A stretch of 20,000 nt of DNA from an uncultured virus (IMG/VR IMGVR_UViG_3300020281_001373) (Duplodnaviria > Heunggongvirae > Uroviricota > Caudoviricetes): IMG/VR virus record IMGVR_UViG_3300020281_001373. One strand, given 5' to 3'. This document shows positions 16,040-20,000 of the stretch, piece after piece; within the stretch, counting starts at the first letter, position 1; every line of letters starts with the position of its first letter. The notes beneath the pieces are model-generated. The model had not been told where the DNA came from. It ran no database searches and saw only the letters and a program-made list of their open reading frames with translations. The position numbers and the translations under genes are program-made.

Positions 16040-17854
16040 ATGCCAGACGAAAGACCAGTTGTAGCAAATCCTGATTTTGAAGATATAAAACAGGATATAA
16101 TTTCACATTTTAAAGCAGACGCAACATTTGCAGACTATGATTTTAAAGGTTCAGCAATGAACACCATCGTAGATATTCTTGCATATAATACTCATTATAA
16201 TAATCTAGCGGCAAATTATCTTATAAATGAATCATTCTTAGACACAGCACTTATGAGAAATAATATTATTTCTATATCTAAGATGTTAAACTACACACCT
16301 CGTTCTAAACAAGCCGCAAAAGCAAAGATTACTCTCAGAATTCCAAAGATAAACGATACAAATGTTTATACGATTCCATCAGGTAGTTTATTTACCGCTA
16401 CTGATGGTACAACCACATTTAATTTTTATACACTGAAAAACTTTAGTGTTCAATATGATGCTTCAGATGCGAATGGTACTACAAGAGATGTTGAAGTAGA
16501 AATATGTGAAGGTGATAAGATCACACAAAGATTTTCTGCAACTGCAGATCATACTAGCTTTCCTAGATTTGAATTAGGTAATAAGAATATTGACACTACA
16601 TCTATAAATGTTTCTGTAAATGGAAGTTTATGGACACCAGTCACAAATGAAACTCAAGGAACAACTGATGTTTCAAATCTAAGTACAATATATTTTATAG
16701 AAGAATCAAGAAACCTATCACATAATATTATGTTTGGTAATGGTGTTCTTGGAAAAAAACTAGAAGTTGGAGATGAAATATTAGCTACATACCTCGTCAC
16801 TAACGGATCAGATGCAAATGGTATCAATTCATTCTCAGTTGGAATAGCTGGTAGATCTGACATTACAGTAGTCACTACAAAATCTGCCACTGGTGGTGGA
16901 GATATGGAAACAATTCAAGAGATAAAAGATAATGCACCAAATTGGTTTCAAGCACAGTTTAGAGCTGTGACAGAGAATGATTATAAAGCCATATTAAAAA
17001 AGGAGTATGCAGATATTCAAGCCTTAAATGTATATGGTGGAGAAACTGTAGGTAAACCTGGTAAAGTATTCTTTTCAATCAAGCCAAAATCTGGTGATAA
17101 ACTAACTGAACAAGCAAAGCTAACAATAACAAGAGATATACTTTCTAAATTTAACTTAGTGACTGTCACACCTCAAGTTGTAGACCCACTTATTACAAGA
17201 ATCATTGCAAAGACAGTTATACAATATGATAATGCTAAACTTGCAACAAGCCCAGAAGTATTAGAAGCTAAAGTATTATCATTATACAATATCCTAAACA
17301 CATCATATATTGGTGATTTCATGGAATCATTCTCAGTATCAAGATTAATGCAAGAGATTTTAAAACTAGATAAAGCTATTACTGCTGTAAATCCGAGAGT
17401 AAATTTAAGATTCAATCTAAATGCAAAAGATGGTTTATTAGATAATTCATCATTTACATTTAATAATAGACTACACACTGAACCATTTGCTGGTGAAGCA
17501 TCTGTTGGTGGTGTAATCACATCAAACTTATTTAGAAGATCTGGTAGAACAAACTTTTCTAGATTTGTAGATGATGGTAAAGGAGTTATAAGACTTGTAG
17601 ATGTTATTGAAGGAGAAAATGTAATTGTAAACACCGCCGGCGGTACAGTAAATTATGAAACAGGTGAGGTAAATATTAGTGACTTTGACCCAGAAGATGG
17701 ACAGATAGGTATCATAGCGGTACCAGAATCTTTTGATGTTAATGTTGCTGGTAATTATCTTTTACAAATATCTACAGGAGATTCTACAGTGAGAGCGATA
17801 GATAAAGACGACACAGCTTCACTGAACTTATTTAATGTATCGAGAGCAAGTTAA
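16040..17854 (+). CDS. gp6: Baseplate wedge protein, T4 gp6-like
   Basis: DFEDIK, F.DYDFKGS....VDILAYNTHYN, NESFLDTA..R, LNYTPRS, FGNGVLGK, Q.RAVTENDY and GTVNYETGEV. Confidence 0.93.
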   Translation: MPDERPVVANPDFEDIKQDIISHFKADATFADYDFKGSAMNTIVDILAYNTHYNNLAANYLINESFLDTALMRNNIISISKMLNYTPRSKQAAKAKITLRIPKINDTNVYTIPSGSLFTATDGTTTFNFYTLKNFSVQYDASDANGTTRDVEVEICEGDKITQRFSATADHTSFPRFELGNKNIDTTSINVSVNGSLWTPVTNETQGTTDVSNLSTIYFIEESRNLSHNIMFGNGVLGKKLEVGDEILATYLVTNGSDANGINSFSVGIAGRSDITVVTTKSATGGGDMETIQEIKDNAPNWFQAQFRAVTENDYKAILKKEYADIQALNVYGGETVGKPGKVFFSIKPKSGDKLTEQAKLTITRDILSKFNLVTVTPQVVDPLITRIIAKTVIQYDNAKLATSPEVLEAKVLSLYNILNTSYIGDFMESFSVSRLMQEILKLDKAITAVNPRVNLRFNLNAKDGLLDNSSFTFNNRLHTEPFAGEASVGGVITSNLFRRSGRTNFSRFVDDGKGVIRLVDVIEGENVIVNTAGGTVNYETGEVNISDFDPEDGQIGIIAVPESFDVNVAGNYLLQISTGDSTVRAIDKDDTASLNLFNVSRAS

Positions 17855-20000
17855 TGGCCAAACACATACTGCCAATAGTCAAGTCGCAGTTGCCGGAGTT
17901 CATAAGATCGGAACATCCGCAGTTTCAGCTATTTGTAGATGCATACTATGAGTATCTAGAAAAACAATCAGATAGTGATTCCACTTCAGCACTAAATCTT
18001 TTTAAGTCAGTACCTAATGCTGGTGATCTTATAAACAATGCTGAACAATATCGTGATGTACACACAACACTAGATGAATTCAAAGAGTACTTTCAAAGAC
18101 AACTAACACCATTCGTAATCACTGGTAATAAAGTCACAGACGGTATTATCCTTCAAAAAGCAAGAGATGTATACCTATCAAAAGGTTCGCCAAATTCATT
18201 TGCACTCTTATTCAGAATGTTATATGGTGAGGAGATTGATCTCTTTGAACCAAAGAATCAGATTCTTATTTCTTCTGAATCACTATATACATCTTTTGTA
18301 CAAATAAAAGCTGAAGTAGTTCAGAACGAATCTAATCTAGGTGATTTCAATTATGAGTTATCTACAATACGTTTAGATAGTGACACGGTCGATAGTGATG
18401 CTTCTACAAATATACTTACTGTATTAGATGGAACATTTACTGGTGTCACAAAAAATAATAAGACAGTTCTTACTTTATATCTAACTAAAAATCCTGATTC
18501 TGATTTTGGTGGTTTACTTGTACCAAGAAGAGAGGTACTGTTAAGAGATTCACAAGATCAAACAAAAGAAGTCAGAGTAAGATTATTAAATCACTTGGGA
18601 GATGTAAGTCTTACATCTGGTGGTTCTGGATTTAGAGTTGGTGATAAGTTCTTTGTAAGAGATTCTACTACCACTATACCAGTTCAGGTGACTAAGGTCG
18701 GTGCTGGTGAGATTGATAGAGTGATGATAAGAAATAGAGGAACTAACTATCGTATTGGAGATACTATAGAATTTTTAGATCCTTCATCGGGTGCTGGTGC
18801 ATTAGCTTTCATCACAGGTGTAGATGAACAAGGATCTGTGACACAGATTGATGGTTCAAATGTAAGATTAGGTGTAAACAATACAGGTTATCTTTCAGAA
18901 GACTTTGAACCAGTCATTGTACCTATCATTCAAAAAGGACAGTATACACATATACCAAAACCATTCATAAGAACAAATACTGGTACTGGTTTGATTGTAA
19001 GTGGTTTATCCTCAGAAGTAGGAAGGATATTAGAAGTATCAACACCACAAACTGGATTCTTTGATTCAGATAGCTTTGGTGTACCAACGCTTGAAAGTCC
19101 GATGGGTATTAGAATTACAAATGAAGAAGCAATTGATGTTGGTAATGTTATTGAGTTTCAGCATTTCACACCAGATTCAGAAGCAGGTTCATTGAGACAT
19201 GATAGTGAAGTTATAACAATTGACCTGCGTATATTTGACTCTGACGGTATTACAAATGATAGTGATACTTTATATTGGGCAGGTATGGAAGAATTCGGTT
19301 CTAATATTCTATACAGTACTGATAGAAGTCCAAGAGACCATTATGCTCCTGGAAGTAGGTCAGATTCTGAAAGTCAGAATAATAATGGTATTTCAAAAGG
19401 CGGCCTTAGCTTTGATTCAAATTTTGATGACCTTAAATTTGAGGGTAGAAGAAATGGTCTGATGAGTACTCAATATGTGAAAGGTGAAGTTCGAGTAGAT
19501 GGTGATTTATTATTTGGTGATACATATTATGATTATCACTTTGTAAACTATTCATCAAACAGAAAGTATTTCTTTAAAAGTGGATTAAAATTTAAACCAA
19601 TTAGAATGCCTATAGCATGGGATTCAGAAAATTACAGATGGAAAATACGAACTATTAAGTACTATGATTCAGATGGTGATAGTGACTTTATTGAAAGATG
19701 GAAAGCTGATTCTGAATTTGATATTCAAGGTATTACACCAACATATTATTCATGGGAAAAAGGTCAACCAGGTCCAAATAAATGGGCAAGATGGGTAAGT
19801 GCCTGGGCTGCTGTTGATGGACAACAATTACAACAAAGAGATTCAGATGGTAGATTTACAACTACAATGGTAGCCTCTTCTGGTGCTGATGATACTTTTA
19901 CTAACGCAATTACACATACAACAAGAGTTGCTGGTAAACCTGGACAAAGATATGGATATCCAATAAACAGATTAGATTCTGATGTATATGATTTAGGTCA
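17854..20000 (+). CDS. gp7: Baseplate wedge protein, T4 gp7-like (3' partial, more than 715 aa), DSD-rich
   Basis: Not in the ORF track. Hand translation from ATG 17854 (TAATG overlap with gp6) is open to the window end: IVKSQLPEFIRSEHPQFQLFVDAYYEYLE and KARDVYLSKGSPNSFALLFRMLYGEEI. Confidence 0.85.
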   Translation, partial: MAKHILPIVKSQLPEFIRSEHPQFQLFVDAYYEYLEKQSDSDSTSALNLFKSVPNAGDLINNAEQYRDVHTTLDEFKEYFQRQLTPFVITGNKVTDGIILQKARDVYLSKGSPNSFALLFRMLYGEEIDLFEPKNQILISSESLYTSFVQIKAEVVQNESNLGDFNYELSTIRLDSDTVDSDASTNILTVLDGTFTGVTKNNKTVLTLYLTKNPDSDFGGLLVPRREVLLRDSQDQTKEVRVRLLNHLGDVSLTSGGSGFRVGDKFFVRDSTTTIPVQVTKVGAGEIDRVMIRNRGTNYRIGDTIEFLDPSSGAGALAFITGVDEQGSVTQIDGSNVRLGVNNTGYLSEDFEPVIVPIIQKGQYTHIPKPFIRTNTGTGLIVSGLSSEVGRILEVSTPQTGFFDSDSFGVPTLESPMGIRITNEEAIDVGNVIEFQHFTPDSEAGSLRHDSEVITIDLRIFDSDGITNDSDTLYWAGMEEFGSNILYSTDRSPRDHYAPGSRSDSESQNNNGISKGGLSFDSNFDDLKFEGRRNGLMSTQYVKGEVRVDGDLLFGDTYYDYHFVNYSSNRKYFFKSGLKFKPIRMPIAWDSENYRWKIRTIKYYDSDGDSDFIERWKADSEFDIQGITPTYYSWEKGQPGPNKWARWVSAWAAVDGQQLQQRDSDGRFTTTMVASSGADDTFTNAITHTTRVAGKPGQRYGYPINRLDSDVYDLG

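Noticed and set aside
16654..19462. ORFs 16654..16890, 17173..17634 and 19220..19462
   Set aside because: Antisense to gp6 or out of frame within the continuous gp7 ORF.
17854..20000. Apparent 2-kb non-coding gap in the ORF track
   Set aside because: It is an open gp7-like frame that lacks a stop codon within the window.
1..20000. Stop-codon reassignment, introns/inteins, tRNAs or mobile elements
   Set aside because: TAA, TGA and TAG all end genes of expected length with tight packing. I saw no intein, homing endonuclease, transposase or tRNA signatures.

Overview
AT-rich (roughly one-third GC by eye), gene-dense segment of a T4-like myovirus genome, most resembling marine T4-like phages. 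The + strand carries baseplate genes: gp48 (partial), gp53, a probable gp27-like hub, a lysozyme-less gp5, PAAR/gp5.4, gp25, gp6 and gp7 (partial; missed by the ORF track). A translationally coupled accessory block (mini-MscS-like protein, PAP2 phosphatase, HAD hydrolase, 23-aa membrane peptide) sits between gp5 and PAAR, and a small lysis cassette (3TM holin, GH24 endolysin) follows. A 7.5-kb minus-strand cassette of six fibre/virion-type genes ends in an IscA/HesB Fe-S carrier. The most striking signal is a D-S-[D/E] tripeptide that recurs about 70 times (hand count) in otherwise unrelated putative virion proteins. It is encoded by mixed synonymous codons and absent from gp6, gp25, the hub and the enzymes, so it is a candidate modification or metal-binding sequon. 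Other signals are a shared N-terminal [S/T]KTR motif on four cassette proteins, late-promoter-like elements 4 nt from ATGs (possible leaderless mRNAs), and a T4 capsid-targeting-like leader on the HAD enzyme. All family calls come from motif recognition, not database searches.
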